A program made the translations under genes and the position numbers. Below, piece after piece: positions 47,184 to 55,776 of a stretch of 64,000 bases of DNA. Positions within the stretch are counted from its first letter, which is position 1. Each line of letters starts with the position of its first letter. This DNA is from a virus (taxonomy: Duplodnaviria > Caudoviricetes), in the IMG/VR virus record IMGVR_UViG_3300033074_000984. One strand, 5' to 3'. The notes under the pieces were generated by a model. That model had not been told where the DNA came from. It was given only the letters and a program-made list of their open reading frames with translations, and ran no database searches.

Positions 47184-47621
47184 CTAGAGCTTCGCCGACA
47201 TCGTCTCGTTCCATCGTCTCCTCGCTATGAGTTCGACGCTCAACTTGAGGAGCGTTTTTGGACCAGGCCACTCGTCTGCCAGCAAGCCGTGAGACGTCTG
47301 AAAGTCAGCGATGCACGCACGAGTGCGAGGTCCCCAGTCACCGTCAACTACGAGGTCGTAGCCGAGCTTCTTCAGAGCCAGCTGTACCCGCTTCTTCGAC
47401 CAGTCGACCTCTTTAACGCTAGAGGTCTTCTGCAAAGACGCACGAAGGTCTCCAAACAGTCGAGCGATCACAGGAGCGGCGGTCACCAACAGCCTCTTCG
47501 CCTCGTTCTGTAGAGGCTCGGACGCCTTGACGACGTCTTGAATGTCCTCTGTGTTCTGCATGAGAACCTCTACAAGTGGAGAGTACTTGTAGAAGAGCTT
47601 TATGAGACTGTCGACTATCAT
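47184..47621 (-). CDS. Peptidoglycan-binding domain protein with no catalytic domain
   Basis: VQLALKKLGY...VDGDWGPRT..I..FQ..HGL.AD..PGP.T (PG_binding_1 pattern); ATGA-coupled to thyA. Confidence 0.8.
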   Translation of the reverse strand: MIVDSLIKLFYKYSPLVEVLMQNTEDIQDVVKASEPLQNEAKRLLVTAAPVIARLFGDLRASLQKTSSVKEVDWSKKRVQLALKKLGYDLVVDGDWGPRTRACIADFQTSHGLLADEWPGPKTLLKLSVELIARRRWNETMSAKL

Positions 47622-48415
47622 ATCGCTATAGGCGCCTGGATCGCTGGCAACGGGTCATAACCCTCTAGTTTAACGTCTTCAAGACGAAAGTCGTCTATAG
47701 ACCTCTGTCCTCTGTCAAGTATCGAGAGCTTCGGAAGCTCTCTCGGCTCTCTTGAGAGCTGGCGCTCTACCTGATCCAAGTGATTTAGGTAGATGTGAGC
47801 GTCTCCGAAGCTAATTATCAGCCTCTCAGGCTTCAGGCCAACGAGACGCGCCACGAGAGCGGTCAACAGCGCATAAGACGCCACGTTAAACGGCACCCCG
47901 AGAAACATATCAGCGCTGCGCTGGTACATCTTACACGAGAGCCAGTCTCCCGAGACGTAGAACTGGTAAAGGAGATGACACGGCGGGAGAGCCATCTCGT
48001 CCAGCTCTGCTGGGTTCCAAGCGGACACTATCAGCCTCCTGTCATATGGAGACGTCTTGATCCGCTCAATGACTTCGGAGAGCTGGTCAACAGAGCGCCC
48101 GTCGTAGCCGCGAAACTCTCTCCATTGCGCGCCGTACACCCGTCCGAGATCACCGTTCCCGTCTGCCCACTCGTCCCAGATAGACACGCCGTTCTCTTTG
48201 AGGTATCCAACATTCGTGTTGCCGGATATGAACCAGAGAAGCTCTGCAACGACTCCTTTGAAGAAGACGCGCTTCGTAGTGAGCAGTGGAAACCGCTCTG
48301 ATATGTCGATCTCTAGCTGGGGACCGAAGAGCGATATCGCGCCGGTTCCTGTTCTGTCTGATCGACAGCTCCCCTCGTCGCGCACGCGTCTTAAAAGGTC
48401 TAAGTACTCTTTCAT
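47618..48415 (-). CDS. thyA: Thymidylate synthase (ThyA type)
   Basis: DRTGTG, FPLLTTK, ELLWF, MALPPCH, YQRSAD.FLGVPFN (Asn, dUMP-specific); start moved to MKEYL. Confidence 0.96.
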   Translation of the reverse strand: MKEYLDLLRRVRDEGSCRSDRTGTGAISLFGPQLEIDISERFPLLTTKRVFFKGVVAELLWFISGNTNVGYLKENGVSIWDEWADGNGDLGRVYGAQWREFRGYDGRSVDQLSEVIERIKTSPYDRRLIVSAWNPAELDEMALPPCHLLYQFYVSGDWLSCKMYQRSADMFLGVPFNVASYALLTALVARLVGLKPERLIISFGDAHIYLNHLDQVERQLSREPRELPKLSILDRGQRSIDDFRLEDVKLEGYDPLPAIQAPIAI

Positions 48416-48422
48416 GAGACGC

Positions 48423-48451
48423 ATGATACCATCTTTCACGACCTGGGTCAA
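48423..48451 (-). promoter_or_regulatory. Sigma70-type promoter for thyA, probably leaderless
   Basis: TTGACC-17 nt-TATCAT with TGn extension; ATG lies 7 nt after the -10 box and no SD is visible. Confidence 0.65.
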
Positions 48452-48453
48452 CT

Positions 48454-48461
48454 CATAAATA
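48454..48461 (+). promoter_or_regulatory. T4-type late promoter (CATAAATA) for gp3
   Basis: Back-to-back with the thyA promoter; followed by GAGGAG RBS. Confidence 0.65.
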
Positions 48462-48477
48462 CCACAAAGAGGAGCTC

Positions 48478-49002
48478 ATGACCGCACTAGACAGAACGCC
48501 GCAAGACGTAAACTTTCTCCAACCCGTAGACTTCAGCTTCTTTGTAAAGAAGCTGCCGACGACGAACTTCTTCGTGAAGGGCATCACGATTCCTGGAGTC
48601 TCGATCCAAGAGGTCTCTATGCCTACGCCTCTCACCCGAGTGTACGACTCTGGTGAGCACGTCTCGTACGAGCCGTTGGAGGTGCGCTTTCTCGTTGACG
48701 AGAACCTCCGTAACTGGACAGAGGTATACGCCTGGTTGAAGGGCCTCGGGTTTCCTGACGAGTTCGGAGAGTACGCAGAGCTGGCGAGCGTACCAAGAAG
48801 CATGCTCGGTGAGGGGCTCAAGAGCGAGCTCGTGGTCGGTCTTCTTGACAGCTCTCGCGTGCTCAACTTCTCGTTCGTCTATCACGACGCGTTCCCCATA
48901 GCGCTCAGCGGCATGGAGTTTCGAACAGACGACGACGCGACGAGGTACGCAGAGGCCACAGCCAGGTTCATGTACACCACGTTCGACGCTTCGAGAGTAT
49001 AG
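48478..49002 (+). CDS. gp3: Tail tube terminator / completion protein gp3
   Basis: NFLQP..F.F...KLP, YEPL.VRFLVDENL.NW.EVY.W, F.DAFP.ALSG. Confidence 0.88.
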   Translation: MTALDRTPQDVNFLQPVDFSFFVKKLPTTNFFVKGITIPGVSIQEVSMPTPLTRVYDSGEHVSYEPLEVRFLVDENLRNWTEVYAWLKGLGFPDEFGEYAELASVPRSMLGEGLKSELVVGLLDSSRVLNFSFVYHDAFPIALSGMEFRTDDDATRYAEATARFMYTTFDASRV

Positions 49003-49007
49003 TCTCG

Positions 49008-49036
49008 TTGACAACGGCGCCGCAATAGTGTATCGT
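49008..49036 (+). promoter_or_regulatory. Sigma70-type promoter upstream of uvsY
   Basis: TTGACA-17 nt-TATCGT. Confidence 0.6.
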
Positions 49037-49063
49037 TGTTCGTAAAGACCGAAACGAGCGCCA

Positions 49064-49498
49064 ATGAAGATAGAAGAGATACATGAGTCCTGGGCAGAGG
49101 ACAGCAAGATCGACATGTCGGAGCTCGGACGAGAGAGCGCTGACATACCTCAGCTTCACGCCCGATGGCTGCGCCGTCACTCAGACGAGAAGCTGCTGCT
49201 CTCGATGTTAAAACAGCAACAGTCACGACTCAAGCTGAAAAAGCACGAGTGGCTCCTTACCGGCGAGACCAAGGAGTCTCGCGAGCTCGGATGGAGGTAC
49301 CCGGCGCGGGGAGCGCCGTTACGCGCAGACCTCGACCTGTACCTCTCCGCAGACAAAGAGATGCAGGACATCGAGGCTAGGGTGACGCTTCAAACAGAGA
49401 AGGTTAGGGTGCTCGAGGAGATCGTTCGCCAGATCAACTGGCGACACGCAGCTATCAAGAACGCAGTCGAAGACGAGAAGTGGAAGCAGGGCGGGTGA
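49064..49498 (+). CDS. uvsY: Recombination mediator UvsY
   Basis: W.EDSKID..EL..ES..IPQLH.RWL, YL.AD, I..R...IKNA. Confidence 0.9.
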   Translation: MKIEEIHESWAEDSKIDMSELGRESADIPQLHARWLRRHSDEKLLLSMLKQQQSRLKLKKHEWLLTGETKESRELGWRYPARGAPLRADLDLYLSADKEMQDIEARVTLQTEKVRVLEEIVRQINWRHAAIKNAVEDEKWKQGG

Positions 49499-49533
49499 AA
49501 TACATACATAGCTCTTAAAGGAGAGGAGCTATG
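49499..49533 (+). promoter_or_regulatory. Late-promoter variant (AATACATA) plus RBS/ATG-sequestering hairpin
   Basis: CATAGCTCTT (49507-49516) pairs with AGGAGCTATG (49524-49533). Confidence 0.65.
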
Positions 49534-50115
49534 GATAAGAAGTACGGCTTCGTCTACGTCTGGAGAGACCGAAAACACAAGAGGTACTACGTAGGGTCCC
49601 ACTGGGGACGGGAGGATGACGGCTACGTCTGCTCTTCTAGCTGGATGACACAAGCATACAAGCGTCGACCTGATGATTTTAAGCGAAGAGTCATTGCTAG
49701 GATTTCATCAACGAGGGCTGACCTGCTTAAAGAGGAAGAGCGCTGGCTCTCTATGATCAAGCCTGAAGAGATCAAGCGCCGATATTATAATCTTAAGCTT
49801 GGCGGCACTGGTCATTGGACAGCCTTTCCAGGTTCGAAAATGGTGTGTGAAAAAATAAGCGCCTCTGTTAGTAAACAGATGACTAGAGCTAAACGGCGCC
49901 AGATCAGTGAAGCCACTCGTAAAGGAATGAATCAAGAAGCCGTTAAAGAGAAAATAAAATTTTACAACTGCGATCCAGAAAGACGAAAAGCGCAGAGTTT
50001 GAAACGCCGCAAGTTTTTAGAGTCGAATGTCGAAAGAAAACGAATATCTGATGGAATGAAAGCGGTCTGGATCAAAAGGAAAGCAAGTGGCTGGGTGAGT
50101 TGGAAGACACAATGA
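49531..50115 (+). CDS. Seg-like GIY-YIG homing endonuclease, copy 5
   Basis: KYGFVYVWRDRKHKRYYVGSHWGREDDGYVCSS, identical to copy 1 over this stretch. Confidence 0.85.
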   Translation: MDKKYGFVYVWRDRKHKRYYVGSHWGREDDGYVCSSSWMTQAYKRRPDDFKRRVIARISSTRADLLKEEERWLSMIKPEEIKRRYYNLKLGGTGHWTAFPGSKMVCEKISASVSKQMTRAKRRQISEATRKGMNQEAVKEKIKFYNCDPERRKAQSLKRRKFLESNVERKRISDGMKAVWIKRKASGWVSWKTQ

Positions 50116-51668
50116 CAGGGACATTGAAACCATTAAACGGCGTACTGGCTCTAAAGCGTTATAACGAGACGTACTCGTTCGTCTCGTGCGAGGACTCCGC
50201 CGCCGAGGAGCTGCATGACTGGCTCACGTTTCAGCCGCCGGGCTATCAGCACTCTTACGCGTTCAAGAAGCGTCGCTGGGACGGCACGGTGCACCTCTTC
50301 AACAAGAGGACTCGACTCGTCTACGCGGGCCTCGCCTACAAGGTGCGCGAGTTCTGTGAACTTCGCGGCTACGAGTACGTCGAGCCAGAGCCAGAGGTTG
50401 CTGGCTGGAACGTCGGCGCGATCATAAAAGACCTGGGACTGAAACTTGAGCCGCGCGACTATCAGTTCGACGCGATCGCGCACCTGATCAACGCAGATCG
50501 AGGTGTCGTTCTCCTCCCGACATCTTCGGGTAAGACGCTCGTCGAGTGGGCCATGGCGCGCTGGCATCAGAAGAACAAGCGCAGGACCCTCGTCATCGAG
50601 CCGAAACTGAACTTGATCGCACAGACCCAGAAGGCGTTCGAGAGGTACGGAAGCTCGAGCCAGGACATCCACGTCATCTCGGCTGGCGCTGACAAGAGCA
50701 CTCGCAAGCCGATCGTCATCTCAACGTGGCAGTCGATATACGAGCTTCCTCCAGAGTGGCTGTCGCAGTTCGACGTCATAGAGGGAGACGAGGCCCACAG
50801 GTTCACCGCAAAGAGCCTCACAGGCATCATGGAGAAGGCGCCTGGCTGTAAGTATCGTTACGGCTTCACCGGCTCGCTCGACGACACCCAGGTGCACAAG
50901 CTGGTTCTCGAGGGCCTGTTCGGGCCGGTATACGTCCCGGTGACGTCTGACGGCGCCGCTGCTACGACCAGCGAGCTCATGGAGCGGGGCTACATGTCTC
51001 CGCTCGAGATCGTCGTGGTTGTTCTTAGGTACTCGGACGTCGATCGACAAGAGCTCTTGTCGAGAAAGGCGCGGGTGTCACGCAACACAGCAGCGGCGAC
51101 TGCAGGCGCAAAGAAGTACGCTGAGGAGATCGACTTCCTTAACGCTCATGAGAGGCGCAACGCGTTCTTGGCCAGGCTCGCTGAGTCTAGCGCTGCGCAG
51201 GGCAACGCTCTTCTGTTGTTCTCTCGAGTGGAGAAGCACGGCGTGCCACTGTTCGACAAGATCGCCGGTCTAGGCACGCAGACGTACTTCGTCGCTGGGA
51301 CGGTAGATGCAGACGTCAGAGAAGAGATTCGAGAGATAGTGTCGCTCGAAAAGAACGCTCTCATAGTAGCGTCTGTCGGAACGTTTCAAGAGGGCGTAGA
51401 CATACCTAGTATAGAGAGACTGATCTTTTCTGCGCCGTCGAAGGCCAAGATCCAGACACTTCAAGCCATAGGGCGCGGCTTGAGGCTCAACGAGGGAAAG
51501 TCCCGATGCGTGTTGTACGACGTCGCAGACGACCTCTCATGGAACGGCGATGAGAACTATGCGCTCAAGCACATGGAGAAAAGAGTAAGGCTCTATGCCA
51601 GAGAAAAGTTCGACTATCGCGTCGTCACCGTTGAGCTCCCAGCCAGTAATGGTTGTGGTGACGACTAG
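50112..51668 (+). CDS. uvsW: RNA-DNA/DNA helicase UvsW
   Basis: PRDYQ, PTSSGKT, GDEAH, GFTGSL, QAIGRGLR; start at ATG 50112. Confidence 0.94.
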   Translation: MTGTLKPLNGVLALKRYNETYSFVSCEDSAAEELHDWLTFQPPGYQHSYAFKKRRWDGTVHLFNKRTRLVYAGLAYKVREFCELRGYEYVEPEPEVAGWNVGAIIKDLGLKLEPRDYQFDAIAHLINADRGVVLLPTSSGKTLVEWAMARWHQKNKRRTLVIEPKLNLIAQTQKAFERYGSSSQDIHVISAGADKSTRKPIVISTWQSIYELPPEWLSQFDVIEGDEAHRFTAKSLTGIMEKAPGCKYRYGFTGSLDDTQVHKLVLEGLFGPVYVPVTSDGAAATTSELMERGYMSPLEIVVVVLRYSDVDRQELLSRKARVSRNTAAATAGAKKYAEEIDFLNAHERRNAFLARLAESSAAQGNALLLFSRVEKHGVPLFDKIAGLGTQTYFVAGTVDADVREEIREIVSLEKNALIVASVGTFQEGVDIPSIERLIFSAPSKAKIQTLQAIGRGLRLNEGKSRCVLYDVADDLSWNGDENYALKHMEKRVRLYAREKFDYRVVTVELPASNGCGDD

Positions 51669-52062
51669 CGGTAAAGAGCTTGTAAGCAGGGTCAGCGCGA
51701 CACCCGACGGAACTCGACTGAGACTGACAGACCCGCTGGTTCTACAGCGGGTCGAGAACGGAAACGCGAACTCGTCAACTGTACTGACCCCGCTTAACCA
51801 GTTCGGCACGTCTCGTGAGATCGACATTGACGGAAGACAGGTCTTCTTTGCTGACTTGGCAGAAGAGAGTCTGAGGAGCTACTACGAGGTCTCACTCAAG
51901 TACCTTCGACGAATATGGCTGCCGTCACTCCGTAACGCAACCAACGTTGCGAGCACGACTCTTGAGCGAGTGTTGCGAGAGTCGTCTCCAGAGCCTGTCT
52001 ATCAGCAAAAGATGGACGTTGAAGATCGCTTCTTGTCGCCTAGCTCGAACACGATACACTAA
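51649..52062 (+). CDS. Sm-like fold protein (conserved after uvsW)
   Basis: TTSGKELVS..L.L.DP..L...LTPL..F...I.I...V pattern; start uncertain. Confidence 0.55.
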   Translation: MVVVTTSGKELVSRVSATPDGTRLRLTDPLVLQRVENGNANSSTVLTPLNQFGTSREIDIDGRQVFFADLAEESLRSYYEVSLKYLRRIWLPSLRNATNVASTTLERVLRESSPEPVYQQKMDVEDRFLSPSSNTIH

Positions 52063-52063
52063 G

Positions 52064-52225
52064 AGCTTAGACGGGAAACGCGAAGCGTTTCCGCCCGAAG
52101 GGCAACACATGCACCGTTTTGATCGCTCCTTCGTCGCGATCGCTTCGCGTCACTTGCTCTTTAAGCGACTCACGCTTTCAGCAACCGGTGCAACTGGTGC
52201 TTTAGTGTTGAGCAAGTCTGGAGCT
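52064..52225 (-). ncRNA. Candidate structured non-coding RNA or ssDNA element
   Basis: Nested stems AGAC/GTCT, CAACAC/GTGTTG, TGCACCG/CGGTGCA plus several small hairpins; promoter immediately upstream on the minus strand. Confidence 0.5.
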
Positions 52226-52254
52226 AGAGTATCATGGCCGAGAATGGTTGTCAA
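52226..52254 (-). promoter_or_regulatory. Sigma70-type promoter firing into the structured intergenic element
   Basis: TTGACA (52254-52249)-17 nt-TACTCT (52231-52226) with TGn extension. Confidence 0.6.
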
Positions 52255-52290
52255 CCCCTCTTTTACTTCACAGGTGCCTAGCAAGGTAAT

Positions 52291-52788
52291 ATGCACTACG
52301 TAAACAACAAGCAGCTCTATTCAGTCCTTATTGACTATCGTCACGACATAGAGGAGAACGAAGACGCTCGCGTTCCCTCTTATGTCGGTGAGGCCGTGAT
52401 GCTCATCTGTGAGCGTCTCTCGCGTCGACCCAACTTTGTCAGGTTCACGTACAGAGACGAGATGGTGGGTGACGCTATAGAGAACTGCATGGCCGCGGTT
52501 CGCAACTTTGATCCCCAGAAGACGTCTAACCCCTTCGGCTACTTCACCCAGATAGCTTGGAACGCGTTTCTGAGACGCATCCAGAAAGAGAGGAAGCAGT
52601 CTTACATTCGAGCTAAGAGCTACGAGCACTTCGCCACAGACGCTGAGATGCGCGTAGATGAGAGCGACCGAGTCGTTATAGAGCGATCGCATCACGACGG
52701 CGCTAACCGACTCATCTCGAGCTTCGAGAAAAAGATTCCTCGTAAGCGAGGATCGAAGCGAACAAGCGTTGCACGACAGATCGGATAG
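52291..52788 (+). CDS. gp55: Late-transcription sigma factor gp55
   Basis: HYVNNK, RPNF...TYRDEM..DAIENC, NFDP.K.SNPF.YFTQI.WNAFLRRI.KE.KQ. Confidence 0.96.
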   Translation: MHYVNNKQLYSVLIDYRHDIEENEDARVPSYVGEAVMLICERLSRRPNFVRFTYRDEMVGDAIENCMAAVRNFDPQKTSNPFGYFTQIAWNAFLRRIQKERKQSYIRAKSYEHFATDAEMRVDESDRVVIERSHHDGANRLISSFEKKIPRKRGSKRTSVARQIG

Positions 52789-52814
52789 TGATATATTGTT
52801 CTCTTCGGAGGAAC

Positions 52815-53003
52815 ATGCAGCTCGCATTCTCTGTAAAGAACACAGATGTCAGGTGTCTTTCTGGAGAGCTGGTGCCGGTCAACAAAGGAAGACCAAACTC
52901 ACGAAAGGACCTTCCAGTGAAGCAGGTTAAGTGTCCGAGATGTGGACGCGTCGGTGGAGCTGGAGCCATGCGACGTTGGCGCTTCGAGAACTGCACTAAA
53001 TGA
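52815..53003 (+). pseudogene. Homing endonuclease remnant (C-terminal Cys module only)
   Basis: CPRCGRVGGAGAMRRWRFENC matches the C-termini of copies 1 and 4; keeps an upstream GATATATT box and a C(UUCG)G hairpin over GGAGG; no GIY-YIG domain. Confidence 0.65.
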
Positions 53004-54067
53004 AAATCGCTCTTCTTTCGGACACGCACTGGGGAGCTAGGGGAGACTCTGCAGCGTTCTCTCGGTACTTCTCAAGGTTCTATCGAGAGGTCTTCTTTCC
53101 AGAGCTGAAACGCCGAGGGATAACTCGAATATTTCACCTGGGCGACCTGGTTGACCGTAGGAAGTACATCAACTTCAAGACGCTTCGAGACGTTCGTGAG
53201 ACGTTCGTAGACGAGTGTCTTCGATGCGGCTACTCTCTAGACCTCATTGTCGGCAATCACGACACTCACTACAAGAACACCAACGAGCTCAACGCAGTTC
53301 GGGAGCTGTTCGGCGCGTACCCCATAGCGATTCACTCCTCTCCGACAGAGGTTGACCTCGACGGACTCAAGGTCGCCCTTGTTCCGTGGGTGTGCGCTGA
53401 GAACGTCGTCGAGACGTACGAACTACTGGAGAAGACAGATGCGCAGGTCGTGTTCGGCCACCTCGAGCTCGCCGGGTTCGAGATGTACAGGGGGGTCTCG
53501 AGGCCAGAGGGCGTCGACCCATCTCTATACTCTCGTTTTGATCTCGTGCTTAGCGGCCACTATCATCACAAGTCTTCTAGGGGCGGGATTCATTACCTTG
53601 GTGCTCCTTATGAGCTCACTTGGTCTGACTACAATGACGCCCGAGGGTTTCACGTACTCGATACAGAGACTCGCGAGCTGGAGTACGTTCAGAACCCACT
53701 CAGGATCCACAGAAAGCTCTTTTACGACGACAAGGGAAAGCGACTCGCAGAGCTAGAGCCGGTGCCGAGCGACCTTCAAGACTGCGTCGTTCGCGTCGTG
53801 ACGAAGAGCCGTACGAACCCGATATGGTTCGAGAACTACACAGACGCTATTCTCGCTCAAGACCCTCAGTCTCTGTCTGTCGTTGAAGACAATCACGGTG
53901 CAGACATGGTGTCTGACAGAGAGCTGGCAGAGGACGTGGAAGACACACCGACGATGATCCACTCTTATCTCGCCGCCATGAGAATGGACGAAGACGTCAG
54001 GCCACTCACCGAGTCTATCATAGCTGGGCTGTACGAGGAGGCCCTCAACATCGCGGCTCGTGAATGA
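53000..54067 (+). CDS. gp47: Recombination nuclease gp47 (Mre11/SbcD-like)
   Basis: SDTHWG, HLGDLVDRRK, GNHD, GHLEL.GF, SGHYHH. Confidence 0.96.
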   Translation: MKIALLSDTHWGARGDSAAFSRYFSRFYREVFFPELKRRGITRIFHLGDLVDRRKYINFKTLRDVRETFVDECLRCGYSLDLIVGNHDTHYKNTNELNAVRELFGAYPIAIHSSPTEVDLDGLKVALVPWVCAENVVETYELLEKTDAQVVFGHLELAGFEMYRGVSRPEGVDPSLYSRFDLVLSGHYHHKSSRGGIHYLGAPYELTWSDYNDARGFHVLDTETRELEYVQNPLRIHRKLFYDDKGKRLAELEPVPSDLQDCVVRVVTKSRTNPIWFENYTDAILAQDPQSLSVVEDNHGADMVSDRELAEDVEDTPTMIHSYLAAMRMDEDVRPLTESIIAGLYEEALNIAARE

Positions 54068-55776
54068 TCATCTTTAGGTCCATACGTTGGAAGAACTTTC
54101 TTTCGACCGGTAACGCGTGGACGGAGGTTCGCCTCGACGCTGCTCCCACCACGCTCATCGTAGGTAAGAACGGCTCTGGCAAGAGCACGATGCTCGACGC
54201 TCTGATGTACGGTCTTTACGGCCGACCGTATCGAAAGGTCAAGCTTGGCAAGTTGCAGAATCGCGTGACGCGCAAGGGCCTAGAGGTCCAGGTGGAGCTT
54301 GAAACCAACGGCGCGAAGTACCTAGTGGTTCGGGGGATGAACCCAGCGATCTTCGAGGTCTACAAGAACGACGCGCTCGTTTATCAAGACAGCGACAAGA
54401 GAGACTATCAACAGGTCTTTGAGCGATCCGTCTTGAAGATGAACCACAAGTCGTTCTCTCAGGTCGTGGTGCTGGGTAGCGCCGGTTACGTGCCGTTCAT
54501 GAGTCTTCCAGCTGGTGATCGCAGACGTGTCGTCGAGGACCTCCTTGACATCGAGATCTTCAGCGTCATGAACGCGCTGCTACGTGGCGCGATAACAGAG
54601 CTTGAGCGAGAGCTCTCTAGTGCAGAGAGCTCTCGACGCATTAACGCTGAGCGCCTGGCTGTAGCTAGGGAGCACGCTAACAAGACGTTCGAGAGCATCG
54701 AACGCGTCATATCGTCTCGTGAGAGCGCTCTTGCGTCTGTAGAGAGCGAGATAGCGGAGAGCGAGGGCGATCGCGTGAAGCTGTCTTCAGAGCGAGACGA
54801 GCTCTTAAGGCTCACCGCAGACGGAACCGCCGTCTCCGAGAACGTCAGACGGTTTGGCGAGCTCGAGCGCTCCATGTCAAAGAAGAGGAGAGACGTCAAG
54901 AAGAAGATCTCCTTCTTTTCAGAGAGCACTGCGTGTCCGACGTGCACTCAAGAGATCGACGACGAGTTTCGTGAGTCACGGGTGCTCGCGCTTGGCGATC
55001 ATGACGAAGAGCTAGAGCTTGGTCAGGAGAAGCTTCGCGCTGAGATAGCACGACTGGTTCTGAGACAGAACGAGATCAGTAGCCTCGTGACAAGAGCTTC
55101 AGCTGTCTCCAGACAGATAACCACGTTAGAGACGAAGGAGAGGATGCTACGCGCCAGGCTTGAGGAGATTCGGGCTGAGATAGAAGAGGCCCGTGCTCAG
55201 ATTCTATCTCAGGTTGGTGAAGACCGTACCGGTGAGATCGAGGCGGCTTTGAGAGAGGACGAGAGACGCATAACAGAGCTGTCTACTCGCCGTCGCGCCC
55301 AGGCAGTCGCTGAGCAGGCGCTTCACGACGGAGGCATAAAGGCTCGAATAATCTCACGCTACATCCCCGTCATCAACAAGCTGATCAACAAGTACCTCGC
55401 TGCGTTAGAGTTCGTATGCAGCTTTAACCTCGATGAGGAGTTTAGGGAGAGCATCCGCGTCAACGGTCAGGACGGCGAGTCGTACAACTCGTTCTCTGAG
55501 GGTGAGAAGTTCAGAATGAACGTCGCTATCCTCTTTACATGGCGATCACTGGCTGCGATGCGTAGCAGCTCAGACACCAACCTCCTGATAATGGACGAGA
55601 TCCTTAACAGCGCGCTCGACGAGGAGGGCACTGAAGAGTTTTTTAAGTTGCTGAACCAGTTGACAAAGGGAACGAACACGTTCATAATATCGCACGGGAT
55701 GGAGACTGACAAGTTTCCGGTGATACTCTCTTTTGAGAAGACCAGTGGTTTTTCTAAGATGACGGAGTCGGAATGA
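54064..55776 (+). CDS. gp46: Recombination ATPase gp46 (Rad50/SbcC-like)
   Basis: WKNFLSTGN, GKNGSGKST, zinc hook CPTC, FSEGEK, LIMDEI. Confidence 0.96.
   Translation: MIIFRSIRWKNFLSTGNAWTEVRLDAAPTTLIVGKNGSGKSTMLDALMYGLYGRPYRKVKLGKLQNRVTRKGLEVQVELETNGAKYLVVRGMNPAIFEVYKNDALVYQDSDKRDYQQVFERSVLKMNHKSFSQVVVLGSAGYVPFMSLPAGDRRRVVEDLLDIEIFSVMNALLRGAITELERELSSAESSRRINAERLAVAREHANKTFESIERVISSRESALASVESEIAESEGDRVKLSSERDELLRLTADGTAVSENVRRFGELERSMSKKRRDVKKKISFFSESTACPTCTQEIDDEFRESRVLALGDHDEELELGQEKLRAEIARLVLRQNEISSLVTRASAVSRQITTLETKERMLRARLEEIRAEIEEARAQILSQVGEDRTGEIEAALREDERRITELSTRRRAQAVAEQALHDGGIKARIISRYIPVINKLINKYLAALEFVCSFNLDEEFRESIRVNGQDGESYNSFSEGEKFRMNVAILFTWRSLAAMRSSSDTNLLIMDEILNSALDEEGTEEFFKLLNQLTKGTNTFIISHGMETDKFPVILSFEKTSGFSKMTESE

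Noticed and set aside
52064-52225. tRNA, tmRNA or retron msr-msd
   Set aside because: No cloverleaf or T-loop consensus is visible and no RT gene is nearby
51947-52303. 118-aa ORF across the uvsW-gp55 gap
   Set aside because: Overlaps both neighbours, has no recognisable motif or RBS; the region is better explained as structured non-coding sequence
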